Source: a virus (taxonomy: Duplodnaviria; Caudoviricetes). Taken from it: a DNA stretch of 29,092 nucleotides. A program made the translations under genes and the position numbers. The notes under the pieces are model-generated. The model ran no database searches. It worked only from the letters and a program-made list of their open reading frames with translations, and had not been told where the DNA came from. Shown here piece by piece: positions 1-8,280 of the stretch. The stretch spans positions 1 to 29,092 of the IMG/VR virus record IMGVR_UViG_3300025084_000149. One strand, given 5' to 3'. Position 1 is the stretch's first letter; every line of letters begins with the position of its first letter.

Positions 1-150
1 ATTTAGTTTTTGAATTTCATTTTATTCCAATATTCAGCAGTATAACCTTTATACTTCATATCCTTTGGTGCTACTGGTACTTTTTGAGCGTTTGGTCTGC
101 CCTTTGGTTTAAAACCTCTTGACCTTGCCTCTGTTGTGGTTATTTCTGTG
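1..150. repeat. Terminal direct repeat, copy 1
   Basis: Identical to 28943-29092 except position 24 (A) versus 28966 (G). Confidence 0.97.
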
Positions 151-1835
151 CCCATTCTTTTACCACCTAACTTTCTTACATAAGTTTTTCTAAACCATTT
201 ATGCTGGCATCTAGCTCCACCTTTGTAAAGCCAGATTGAATATTTTCCTGTTTTACTTCCACTTTTAGCAAATTTTGGGTTTACAGTTTTTTTAGTCATT
301 GCCATTATATCCTCTTTACGATACACTTTATTAGCATTAACCATCTTTTTACAGAATTGTCTTGAGTTTGTGCTGTATCTTTGTGGACTGTAAACATATC
401 TTACTAAAAACTCATTGCCTTCTTCTTTTGTTTGTTTGCTTGTTCCATCTTGTTCGCTTGGTGCTGTTTTTTTAGCTGTACCAGTACTTACAAACTCCCA
501 TAATTTAGATAAGGCACTTTTTTCTTTAGGTTTATTTAAGTCCGTTATAACCTCATCTAAGCCATCTTCTTCTTCATAACTTACTTCTCGTTCATCTACT
601 AAGTCATATTCGGCTAGTAGTTCACTTTCATCTTGCCCCAAGTCTATTAATTCATCAGCTATTTTACTGCCTACTTCGTTTGGTAATTCCTTAGCTAATT
701 TAACCCCTGTTTCTTCTTCTCTTGTTTCAGCGTCCTCAACGTTTTCTAAGTCTGTAAACTCTAACGGTTGAAGCGTTTTAAAGTATAATTTAAGGCTCAT
801 TTGATTGTAAGCTAGTATGCAATCAAAAGCATCTATTAAAAGCATTTGAAACGGTCTTATAACGGTGTTATCCATTAATGTACTTGCAGTCATTAATTCT
901 TGTGCATTATTACCTAGTCCACTATTGTCTTTAATTCCTAAAAGCATAGGACTAACAACTCTATGAGCTACCATAACTTTTTTAGAACTTTCATCACTTA
1001 AAAATTGATATTGTTGATGTGCTTCACTTAATTGTATAGGCTCAATAGTTGCTGCACTTTCTGGGTTATCATTGAAGGCTAAAATGAATTTACCAGCATT
1101 ACTAGAACCGCTAAATTTTTGATAAATTCTGTTTTCTAATGCTTGGCGTTCTTCTGCGTTTGGCGTTCCGTTATTGAAATTGATGAGCATTGACGGAGCT
1201 AAACCGTTCAAGATATTGTTTAAATGGTAGTTGCTTATCTCTTGCTCGAGCTCGGCATATTGTAAACCACCAGCATAATCTGGACTTGAATAGTATTTAT
1301 ATCCAGCCCTGTAAGGTTTTACATATATAATCTCAATATTTTCTGTACTACAACCAAAAGACGGTATTCTAGTAGTGTGACCTACGTTTTTAACCTTTGA
1401 CCAATCATCAGCATAGTAATACGCTTCTATTTCGCCTTTTTCGTTACATTTTTCAGCTCTTAAATTTTCAACAGGAATATGCTCAACTCGTGCAATAGTT
1501 TTACGGTCTTTACTGTAAATAACTTGCATAGCACATTGACCCATTAATTTAAGGTCATAGCATAATTTACGAACCATATCTTTATGAAACAAAGAAATCA
1601 TTTTAGCGTACTGCTCTGGTTTTTTATTTGAGTTTAAAGCATCTAGTCCACGTCCGTAAATCATCTCACTAATACCGTTTATAATAGCGTTATTTGTTGG
1701 GCTACCATTATAGCGGTCAATTAAATACTTAAAATAGTTATTATCAGAACCATAAGAAACCCATTCTTTATTTGATTTCTCAACGATGTCTGGCGTTGTG
1801 TAAGTACTTAAATTTACTATTCTTAAATCGTTCAT
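3..1835 (-). CDS. Portal protein with ~230-aa C-terminal extension
   Basis: Portal-like core (SPTNNAIINGISEMIYGRG, NGLAPSMLINF, GSSNAGKFILAF, AHRVVSPMLLGI, NTVIRPFQ); acidic linker then a basic Cys/His domain. Confidence 0.88.
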   Translation of the reverse strand: MNDLRIVNLSTYTTPDIVEKSNKEWVSYGSDNNYFKYLIDRYNGSPTNNAIINGISEMIYGRGLDALNSNKKPEQYAKMISLFHKDMVRKLCYDLKLMGQCAMQVIYSKDRKTIARVEHIPVENLRAEKCNEKGEIEAYYYADDWSKVKNVGHTTRIPSFGCSTENIEIIYVKPYRAGYKYYSSPDYAGGLQYAELEQEISNYHLNNILNGLAPSMLINFNNGTPNAEERQALENRIYQKFSGSSNAGKFILAFNDNPESAATIEPIQLSEAHQQYQFLSDESSKKVMVAHRVVSPMLLGIKDNSGLGNNAQELMTASTLMDNTVIRPFQMLLIDAFDCILAYNQMSLKLYFKTLQPLEFTDLENVEDAETREEETGVKLAKELPNEVGSKIADELIDLGQDESELLAEYDLVDEREVSYEEEDGLDEVITDLNKPKEKSALSKLWEFVSTGTAKKTAPSEQDGTSKQTKEEGNEFLVRYVYSPQRYSTNSRQFCKKMVNANKVYRKEDIMAMTKKTVNPKFAKSGSKTGKYSIWLYKGGARCQHKWFRKTYVRKLGGKRMGTEITTTEARSRGFKPKGRPNAQKVPVAPKDMKYKGYTAEYWNKMKFKN

Positions 1836-1837
1836 AT

Positions 1838-2188
1838 TTATATTATTATAAATTCGTTGTCCGAACTTTCTTCACTTATATATTGGTCTTTATTAACGCT
1901 GTAATATTCGTCATTACTTTGGTTAATAGCTTGGTCTGTGCAAAAAATCTTATCTTTATAAATTATATTGTTTAAATAACTAACTTCTAAAATATAAAAA
2001 TCGCTTTCAGTTAAAGTACCGAAAACAGCATCAAACGAAATATAATTACCGTCAATTTCAGAAACAGCATCAGCCGTTATAGAAACATTTGTACTTTCGC
2101 TAGTCAATTTTAAGTTCAAAGTACCTACCGTAAATTCTCTAGGAATTATTTTAAAGGTTTTGTTTCCGCTTGTGTTAATTAACTTCAT
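1838..2188 (-). CDS. Hypothetical virion structural protein (beta-rich, possible head-closure protein)
   Basis: 116-aa ORF between tail tube and portal genes, preceded by the late promoter motif. Confidence 0.5.
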   Translation of the reverse strand: MKLINTSGNKTFKIIPREFTVGTLNLKLTSESTNVSITADAVSEIDGNYISFDAVFGTLTESDFYILEVSYLNNIIYKDKIFCTDQAINQSNDEYYSVNKDQYISEESSDNEFIII

Positions 2189-2220
2189 ATTAATATATAA
2201 ATAAAAAACAAATATTTTGT
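2189..2220 (-). promoter_or_regulatory. Putative late promoter (YAAAW-N14-TTATATA)
   Basis: acaaaatatttgttttttatttatatattaat-ATG; same spacing at five sites. Confidence 0.65.
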
Positions 2221-2233
2221 ATTGTGTAGGTAT

Positions 2234-2263
2234 AAAAAAAGGGCTATCCGTTAAGATAACCCC
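2234..2263 (-). terminator. Intrinsic terminator after tail tube gene
   Basis: GGGTTATC-ttaacg-GATAGCCC followed by T7. Confidence 0.85.
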
Positions 2264-2285
2264 ATTTTACAAGTAAAAGTACTAT

Positions 2286-2813
2286 TTATGCTGTTGGGTC
2301 AATTTGAACCGCTGAAGCATCGTCAGTAATTACGGTTGATGTTACAAAGTAAGGTGGTACAGTTTCTTGTGCATTTACCGTTAATGTGTAACCTGTTAAA
2401 TCTCCCATTGCAGCACCTGTAACGATAGTCCCACCGTTTACATCGCCACCATTTTCAAGTCCTACTAAAAAGAAGTTACCATTGTAATCTTCAACTGCCA
2501 CGTGTGGACGTGCGTGAGCGATTAGTTTAAGTTCTTCTTGTGTAGCTTTGTCTTGAAAGGTCAAAGTCATATTTAATGTAGTATCATAGAAAGTTGTTCC
2601 GTTTTCTCGGCTTGAAGTGATAGCAGTTTCCATTGAACTGTTACCTTTTACGTCAAACTGAAACCACGTTGGAGTTCCAGATACTGCTGTTATTTCGCCA
2701 GCTACGATTGTCGCATCTCCTAAAGTTCCGTAATCTGCAAAGTAGATAGTTTTAATACCGCCTACTGCTGATTTGCAAGGTACTTTACGTCCGCTTGTGA
2801 TAAGGCATCCCAT
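2286..2813 (-). CDS. Major tail (tube) protein, putative
   Basis: 175 aa, beta-rich, C-x9-C then GGI at the N-terminus, follows the major capsid gene, flanked by terminators. Confidence 0.7.
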   Translation of the reverse strand: MGCLITSGRKVPCKSAVGGIKTIYFADYGTLGDATIVAGEITAVSGTPTWFQFDVKGNSSMETAITSSRENGTTFYDTTLNMTLTFQDKATQEELKLIAHARPHVAVEDYNGNFFLVGLENGGDVNGGTIVTGAAMGDLTGYTLTVNAQETVPPYFVTSTVITDDASAVQIDPTA

Positions 2814-2835
2814 AAGTTGTTTATTTTTTTTTAGT

Positions 2836-2860
2836 TAACTACTTGACTATCAAATAGTTA
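2836..2860 (-). repeat. 11-bp stem palindrome TAACTATTTGA-TAG-TCAAGTAGTTA
   Basis: Inverted repeat, fully paired as minus-strand RNA (one U-G pair). Confidence 0.75.
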
Positions 2861-2867
2861 TTTAAAT

Positions 2868-2896
2868 AAAAAAGGGTAGGCAGAACCCACCCTTTT
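2868..2896 (-). terminator. Intrinsic terminator after major capsid gene
   Basis: AAAAGGGTGGG-ttctg-CCTACCCTTTTTT. Confidence 0.85.
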
Positions 2897-2915
2897 AAAT
2901 TTGATTAGTTAATTA

Positions 2916-3869
2916 TTATACAGTTTTTCTGTAAACGATGTCAGTAACTTGTGCGTACTGAACCCCAGCAGTAAATCTCATTACGATACGTACATTTTGT
3001 GAACCGTCATTCTCTGCCATATCAATCACTCGTACTTCGTTCAAGTCATTTAAAAGACCAGTTCCAAAGAATAAATTTGATTTTTCAGCAGCGATAATAG
3101 TACCGTCAGCAGCACCTCTCGCTGGTACGACAGGAATACCGTCAAAGAATAAAGAACCTAAAGACTGGTTGTTTCCTTTGTTTTCGTATCCGTTAGCACC
3201 TTGTCCACCAGATTGGAAGCCACCTAAAGCACGTGTGTAAGCTCTAATAACGTCAGAAGCAGCATAAATATGTAAATCTTCAGAACCATACACAGCAGTA
3301 GGAATAGCGTCTGCAACAGCTCCTAGCTCAGTAATAACATTTGAAGCGGTAATTGCAGCACCTGTTAAATCTTGTCCAGCTGGTAGGTTAGCATCTGTAT
3401 CTAACTTAATTGAGAAACCGTCAAACTGTCCGCTATTTCCTGTATCTCCAGACCAGATATTTTTTTCTGTTCTATCAGCTACCTGAGATGCAACGTGTCC
3501 GATAATAAAATCAGCAAAACTTGGCGCTAAGTTATCAAAAGCACTGTAACCCATTTGTTCAGCTTCCCAAGAAGAGTGAAGCGTTTTTTTACAAATATCA
3601 AGGTTTACTTGAAATTCTTTTGGCTGTAAGATAGCCTCTGTTAAAGCAATAGTTCCCTCGCCTGAACGGTCATTTAAAGTCTGAAAATCGCAAGTAGCAT
3701 CTTGTACTAAAAGTCCGTCACCGCCTACTTTTTGAATTACAGATTTAAATTTTACATTTGGCATTACGGTAATTAACCCTTTGTCCAAAGTGTCAGCAGA
3801 TAGTAAAGCAGCAGCGATATACTTGCCACTAAATTCACCTGCGTAAGATGTTGTTAATGATACACTCAT
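2916..3869 (-). CDS. Major capsid protein
   Basis: 317 aa, follows protease and scaffold genes; HK97-like features (long spine helix FADFIIGHVASQVADRTEKNIWSGD, FDGIPVV, C-terminal beta strands); strong terminator downstream. Confidence 0.88.
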   Translation of the reverse strand: MSVSLTTSYAGEFSGKYIAAALLSADTLDKGLITVMPNVKFKSVIQKVGGDGLLVQDATCDFQTLNDRSGEGTIALTEAILQPKEFQVNLDICKKTLHSSWEAEQMGYSAFDNLAPSFADFIIGHVASQVADRTEKNIWSGDTGNSGQFDGFSIKLDTDANLPAGQDLTGAAITASNVITELGAVADAIPTAVYGSEDLHIYAASDVIRAYTRALGGFQSGGQGANGYENKGNNQSLGSLFFDGIPVVPARGAADGTIIAAEKSNLFFGTGLLNDLNEVRVIDMAENDGSQNVRIVMRFTAGVQYAQVTDIVYRKTV

Positions 3870-3891
3870 TTTATTTAGTTTTTAGTTGTTA

Positions 3892-4515
3892 TTAATTATT
3901 TAGTCTTGACATTACTCGGTCAATAGTAGTGCTTTTTCTGTTTTTAGAAACACTAAATTTCGAGATAGTTTTATGTACTTCTGGGTTTGATACGATAGGC
4001 TCTGCGCTTGGCTCGTTTAATTCAGCTTGTACTTCAACAGGAATTTCGTTTAGCTCCACTTTTTCGTGTTTAGCTAATTCTTCTGTTAAAAGGTTGCCTA
4101 AGTCATCAGCACTTAAATCTTCTTTTGGTTCTAGCATTGCTTTGATTTCTTCAATCATATCTTTAACCTCTGCTAGTTCTTCTTTAGTAGCATAACCCAT
4201 TTTTTCTTCTTCTTCTTCTTCTTTTGCTTCAACCTCTTCAACCTCTTCTTCGGTTTCTTCTTCGGCTTCTGCATCTTTGATTTCAGAAATAAGACCCTCT
4301 TCGGCAACTACTAATATTTTACCGTCCTCTAATGCGTACTCGCCAATCGGCAAAGCAACTTTTTCATCTTCTGTAACGATAAAAACTTCTTTTCCACTTT
4401 CAAACGCATCAGCCTCAATGACTGTACCGTTGTCTAGTTTAGCCTGTTCCAACTTAACTTCCTCGTTTAAGTTTAGAACGTCTTTGATTTTTTCTATCAC
4501 GTTGTTTGATTTCAT
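3892..4515 (-). CDS. Capsid scaffolding/assembly protein, putative
   Basis: Very acidic Glu-rich coiled coil with a basic C-terminal helix, directly upstream of the major capsid gene. Confidence 0.72.
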   Translation of the reverse strand: MKSNNVIEKIKDVLNLNEEVKLEQAKLDNGTVIEADAFESGKEVFIVTEDEKVALPIGEYALEDGKILVVAEEGLISEIKDAEAEEETEEEVEEVEAKEEEEEEKMGYATKEELAEVKDMIEEIKAMLEPKEDLSADDLGNLLTEELAKHEKVELNEIPVEVQAELNEPSAEPIVSNPEVHKTISKFSVSKNRKSTTIDRVMSRLNN

Positions 4516-4547
4516 ACTTATATATAATTTAGATTAATTTAATTTGC
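4516..4547 (-). promoter_or_regulatory. Putative late promoter
   Basis: gcaaattaaattaatctaaattatatataagt-ATG. Confidence 0.6.
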
Positions 4548-4928
4548 ATTTTCACATTCAGAACAGTCACTATAAGCTGTTACACTTTCCCATTCAAAGC
4601 CGCTTGTTTCATCATCTGCTCGTAAAACAGTATAGCAACCACTGTGTGCTTCGTGGACTAAATCAAAATAGTAAACGTTACCTACTGTCAATTCTTCACC
4701 ATTCCAAACGTGTTTTTGTTGGCTATGTCCACAACGCTGTATTTTATATCCATAACTCCCTACGGGTGGCGTTATTCCTTGCCCTGATGTACTTCCAATT
4801 CCTTGTGCTATAATATCACCATTGCAGCATTCAATAGAATAAGCGTCCCTATCCCTACATAAACAACCCCTACGACCGTTTCTAGGACTTGTTTTACTTG
4901 GACTAAATAGTTTTTTAAATCTATTCAT
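4539..4928 (-). CDS. Cys-rich hypothetical protein in head module
   Basis: 129 aa; GCLC, ECC and terminal CSEC motifs. Confidence 0.75.
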   Translation of the reverse strand: MNRFKKLFSPSKTSPRNGRRGCLCRDRDAYSIECCNGDIIAQGIGSTSGQGITPPVGSYGYKIQRCGHSQQKHVWNGEELTVGNVYYFDLVHEAHSGCYTVLRADDETSGFEWESVTAYSDCSECENAN

Positions 4929-4948
4929 TTAGTTTACTTGATATTATT

Positions 4949-5335
4949 TTATAATATATCTTTTGCTTCTTTTTCTAATTTTTGTGATAACCTTTCGTAT
5001 TTATCATAAACATCAACCGCATTAGAATAATCAATTTGTATGTCAGCGTTAAAACCTAAGTCTTTTGCTGCTTTTTCAAATCGTTTTAAATCATTTTTAA
5101 TATCATCTCCAATACTTTCTCCAACTTTTGCCCATTTAAAAATAGCTTTTTGTATCTCTTTTAATTCTTGCTTTACTCTACTAGCCTTTTTAACTAGACC
5201 GCTTCCCTCGCTTTCATATTTAGAAAATCCTCTGGGATATTTTCTTAAATCATCTGTTATACTTAATTCTACTTTTTTAGGCTCTTGCTTTGCTAAATAC
5301 TCGTTAATTATTTTTAATGCTTTTTCTTTACTCAT
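4949..5335 (-). CDS. Hypothetical helical protein, possible internal head protein
   Basis: 128 aa, Lys/Glu-rich helices, KKVELS at residues 20-25, starts 1 nt after the protease stop. Confidence 0.7.
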   Translation of the reverse strand: MSKEKALKIINEYLAKQEPKKVELSITDDLRKYPRGFSKYESEGSGLVKKASRVKQELKEIQKAIFKWAKVGESIGDDIKNDLKRFEKAAKDLGFNADIQIDYSNAVDVYDKYERLSQKLEKEAKDIL

Positions 5336-5336
5336 T

Positions 5337-6281
5337 TTATTTATTATTTAGTTCGTTTAGTTTACTTTCTGCCCACGTTTTAGCTGATTTGCCACCCCAT
5401 AATAAAAAAGAGATAGTTCCACAAGCTTCGGTATCTTCTGGTTTGTAATACGCTTCTGCTCTTGACAAATAAGAAAACATTCTTTTTATCGTTTCTTTGC
5501 TGATTGGTTTTCCTTGTGCTAATTGTTGAGCTCTTACTTTGCCGACTTGTGTAGCACATTTATTGTTTACTTCTTCGTTTAGTTTTAAACCTCGTTTAGC
5601 GTTGTTACTTACTGAACTAGGATAGTCTGAATAGCTTTCTAAAACCATTTTTTTACCACCCTTAACACGCTTATCGTTTTTAATAATAGCTTTTATTTCG
5701 GCTAGTAAATATTCAGCTTCTTCTTCTTCTATTTGTGCTAACTCGTCTTTTATTGTTTGGTCATTTGGACGTTCCATTTTGTCAGCAAAATATCCTTCAA
5801 TACTGAAACCTTTTACTTTGCCAGTCTTAACAAACTCGTTCCATATTTGGTCATTGTTTACTTTAACACTACCAACCCAAGAACCTAAAGGTAAATCCAT
5901 TCCGTACTTTACAGATTTATCGTGTACCTTATCTTCAACAATCCAACTTTCAACTAAACTTAAACCCTCCAATTCGTGTTGGTGTTCTAACGTTGAGTTG
6001 TTTTGTTTGCTATTCATTAAATACATCTGGGACGCTTTTAAGACAGTATCTTTTGAAAAATATATATAGTACTCATCTTCGCCATTGCGTCTGTAAATAG
6101 GCTTGTTTGGTATCAATAAAGCACCCATTAATATCCTACGCTCTCCGTCTATTTCAGCAAGTTTAAACTCTTGGCTTTTTAAAGCGACAAAATCTTCTTC
6201 AATAGCTGGGTTTTCAACTACGCTTATAGCTTCAATTCCTAACTCGCTTTCTTCGTCTAATATTAATTCGACTATTCTCAT
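5337..6281 (-). CDS. Prohead maturation serine protease (XkdF/S78-like) with extra C-terminal domain
   Basis: TLEH (His), LVESWI, LPLGSWV and VKTGKVKGFSIEG (Ser) motifs; upstream of scaffold and capsid genes. Confidence 0.85.
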   Translation of the reverse strand: MRIVELILDEESELGIEAISVVENPAIEEDFVALKSQEFKLAEIDGERRILMGALLIPNKPIYRRNGEDEYYIYFSKDTVLKASQMYLMNSKQNNSTLEHQHELEGLSLVESWIVEDKVHDKSVKYGMDLPLGSWVGSVKVNNDQIWNEFVKTGKVKGFSIEGYFADKMERPNDQTIKDELAQIEEEEAEYLLAEIKAIIKNDKRVKGGKKMVLESYSDYPSSVSNNAKRGLKLNEEVNNKCATQVGKVRAQQLAQGKPISKETIKRMFSYLSRAEAYYKPEDTEACGTISFLLWGGKSAKTWAESKLNELNNK

Positions 6282-6313
6282 AATAATATATAATTAAATT
6301 TATTTATTTTTGT
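6282..6313 (-). promoter_or_regulatory. Putative late promoter
   Basis: acaaaaataaataaatttaattatatattatt-ATG. Confidence 0.65.
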
Positions 6314-6316
6314 TTT

Positions 6317-8149
6317 TTATATTGTCGCTCCCTCAACTATATTGTTTTCTAAACTTTGTGCTGTTGTTACATCGTTTGAAACTACATAAGCCTGTACTGG
6401 TTCTTGTGTTTGTTCTGCAACTGTGTCAGCTAAAACACTTGTTTCGCTTGAACCTACAACATTAAAACTTGGGGGAGCTGGAGCAGCACCACCACCAGGA
6501 ACAGAACCACCACCACCTCCACTTCCACCGCTAGTCTTAGGAACTTTAACGCTTACTATTTTTTGAACATTTTTAAGTCCATTACCTAAAATTGCAGCAG
6601 CATTTACAAACTTTAAAGCGGTTTCAAAAGGCGTAACTGTCTTAGCTGCTAAGGCATCAGAAACCCCTCTATAAGTGTTTATAGTTGCACTAGCAATGGC
6701 TAAACCTTTTCCAGCTGCTGTTTGTTCTCCAGCTAAAGCACCTAAAGAATTTAAAGCGTTTTCTGTATTGGCTAAGTTTTTGCTTTTTGCTTCTGCCTCT
6801 GCCTTTGAAATACCTACCTTTGCATCAGAAATTTGTTTATCTCTTTCTAAATTAGTTTGTCTTGACTGTTCGTTAAATTCGTCAAGAGCAATTTGAGCAT
6901 CTACTTTAGCTTGTGTTTCTGCATTTGCATTATCAACAATAGCTTGTAGTCTTAACCCCTCTTGTTCAGCTTCTAATAAATCAATTTCTTTTAAGGCTTC
7001 TAAACGTGCTAATTCATCTTCTATTTGTTCAGCATTAAATCGTTTACGTTCAATTGATAAATTACTTTCGCTTTCTGTTTTTGAGTTTGTAAGTTCTATT
7101 TGCTCTCTGTCAAGTGCTAAATCGTTTGCTTTTTGTTCTGAACGAAAACCCTCTATTTGTGCTAAAACCCCTAACCTGTTCGCTAATGCTTCTGTGACCG
7201 CTACTTGGTTTTCAATAGAATTATTTTTAGCAGCTTCGGCTTGTGCAGATTTGAGTTGAGCGTCTGCGGTTGCTAACATTGCTTTTTCTTGCTGTTCTAA
7301 AACAAGTAAAAGTTCGTCATTTGCTTTTTTACGTTCGCTTATACTGTTACGTTCTTCGTCACGTATTTGTCTTAGTTGCTCTGCTTGTCTATCGTATTTT
7401 TCAACTAAAAGACTTTGTTGTGCTGCTGCAATTTCGGCTGCATTTGCTAGTTTAACATTTTCCTGTGCTGCTTTTACTGTTTCTGAAACGTAACCTTTAA
7501 CCGCTTCCGTTGTTTTTTCTATAAACTCTTTGCTTTTATCAAAAGTATTATTAACTCCTGTCAATACATCTAAACTCTCTTTACCAGCACTTTTAACATC
7601 ATCTAATGCACCAGCAAAATCACCACTAAATACTTTTTTAACCGCACTAGCTAAATAGCCTAAAGTATCTAAGTAACTGTCGAAACGTTCTTGTATATTT
7701 TCTTTAAATGCCTTAGCAAAACTTTTTAAACTTTCTAAAGGGTTTTTAAATATAGCACTAAAAAACTTTATAACTCCGCTAGTATTTTTAACTATAAAAT
7801 TAACAAAGTCGTTAAAAGCAATACTTACAGCTTCAAATGCAGTGTTGAATAAATCAGCGACTTTTTGGTTTTGCATAAAAACCTCGCCTAACTTGGCTAA
7901 AAGTCCTATTATTAACCCTATCCCTGTGGCTTTTATTGCTGTACCTAAACCCTTAAAACCTTTACTTAAACCCCCTATTCCTTTAGTTGATTTTTTAGCA
8001 CCCTCGCCAACCCCCTCAATAGAACCAGTAAATCCTGATGTTTCTTTTAAAGATGCGTTTACTCCGTCAATGCTTTTTTCTAAGTCATTAACCCCTTTAA
8101 CAGCTCCTTTGCTATCTACGTTTATTTCAATTGTTTTTTCTACTGCCAT
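6317..8149 (-). CDS. Tail tape measure protein, putative
   Basis: 610 aa, Ala/Gly-rich amphipathic N-terminal part with a hydrophobic segment (ATGIGLIIGLLA), long coiled coil, Gly-rich linker near the C-terminus. Confidence 0.75.
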   Translation of the reverse strand: MAVEKTIEINVDSKGAVKGVNDLEKSIDGVNASLKETSGFTGSIEGVGEGAKKSTKGIGGLSKGFKGLGTAIKATGIGLIIGLLAKLGEVFMQNQKVADLFNTAFEAVSIAFNDFVNFIVKNTSGVIKFFSAIFKNPLESLKSFAKAFKENIQERFDSYLDTLGYLASAVKKVFSGDFAGALDDVKSAGKESLDVLTGVNNTFDKSKEFIEKTTEAVKGYVSETVKAAQENVKLANAAEIAAAQQSLLVEKYDRQAEQLRQIRDEERNSISERKKANDELLLVLEQQEKAMLATADAQLKSAQAEAAKNNSIENQVAVTEALANRLGVLAQIEGFRSEQKANDLALDREQIELTNSKTESESNLSIERKRFNAEQIEDELARLEALKEIDLLEAEQEGLRLQAIVDNANAETQAKVDAQIALDEFNEQSRQTNLERDKQISDAKVGISKAEAEAKSKNLANTENALNSLGALAGEQTAAGKGLAIASATINTYRGVSDALAAKTVTPFETALKFVNAAAILGNGLKNVQKIVSVKVPKTSGGSGGGGGSVPGGGAAPAPPSFNVVGSSETSVLADTVAEQTQEPVQAYVVSNDVTTAQSLENNIVEGATI

Positions 8150-8280
8150 TTTAATTCTTGTTTTAACGCTTTGTAACCCTCTTTAATTGTTGTAGGTAGT
8201 TTGTATTTACCTTGTGCTATTCGCAAATTTTCGGTTTCTCCGTTTGCGTATTTTAAACTCTCTATTATTAATTTTATCAT
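8140..8280 (-). CDS. Small hypothetical protein (46 aa; not in ORF track)
   Basis: MIKLIIESLKYANGETENLRIAQGKYKLPTTIKEGYKALKQELKWQ; ATGA overlap with the upstream gene and its end overlaps the tape measure start. Confidence 0.75.
   Translation of the reverse strand: MIKLIIESLKYANGETENLRIAQGKYKLPTTIKEGYKALKQELKWQ

Noticed and set aside
1-150. Terminal repeat as a biological DTR or att site
   Set aside because: It lies inside the portal coding sequence, is a round read-like length, and no integrase is present; an assembly overlap is more likely
4200-4270. TTC/CTT tandem repeats
   Set aside because: They encode the poly-Glu tract of the scaffold protein
6470-6530. GC-rich CCA/CCT repeats
   Set aside because: They encode a Gly/Pro linker in the tape measure protein
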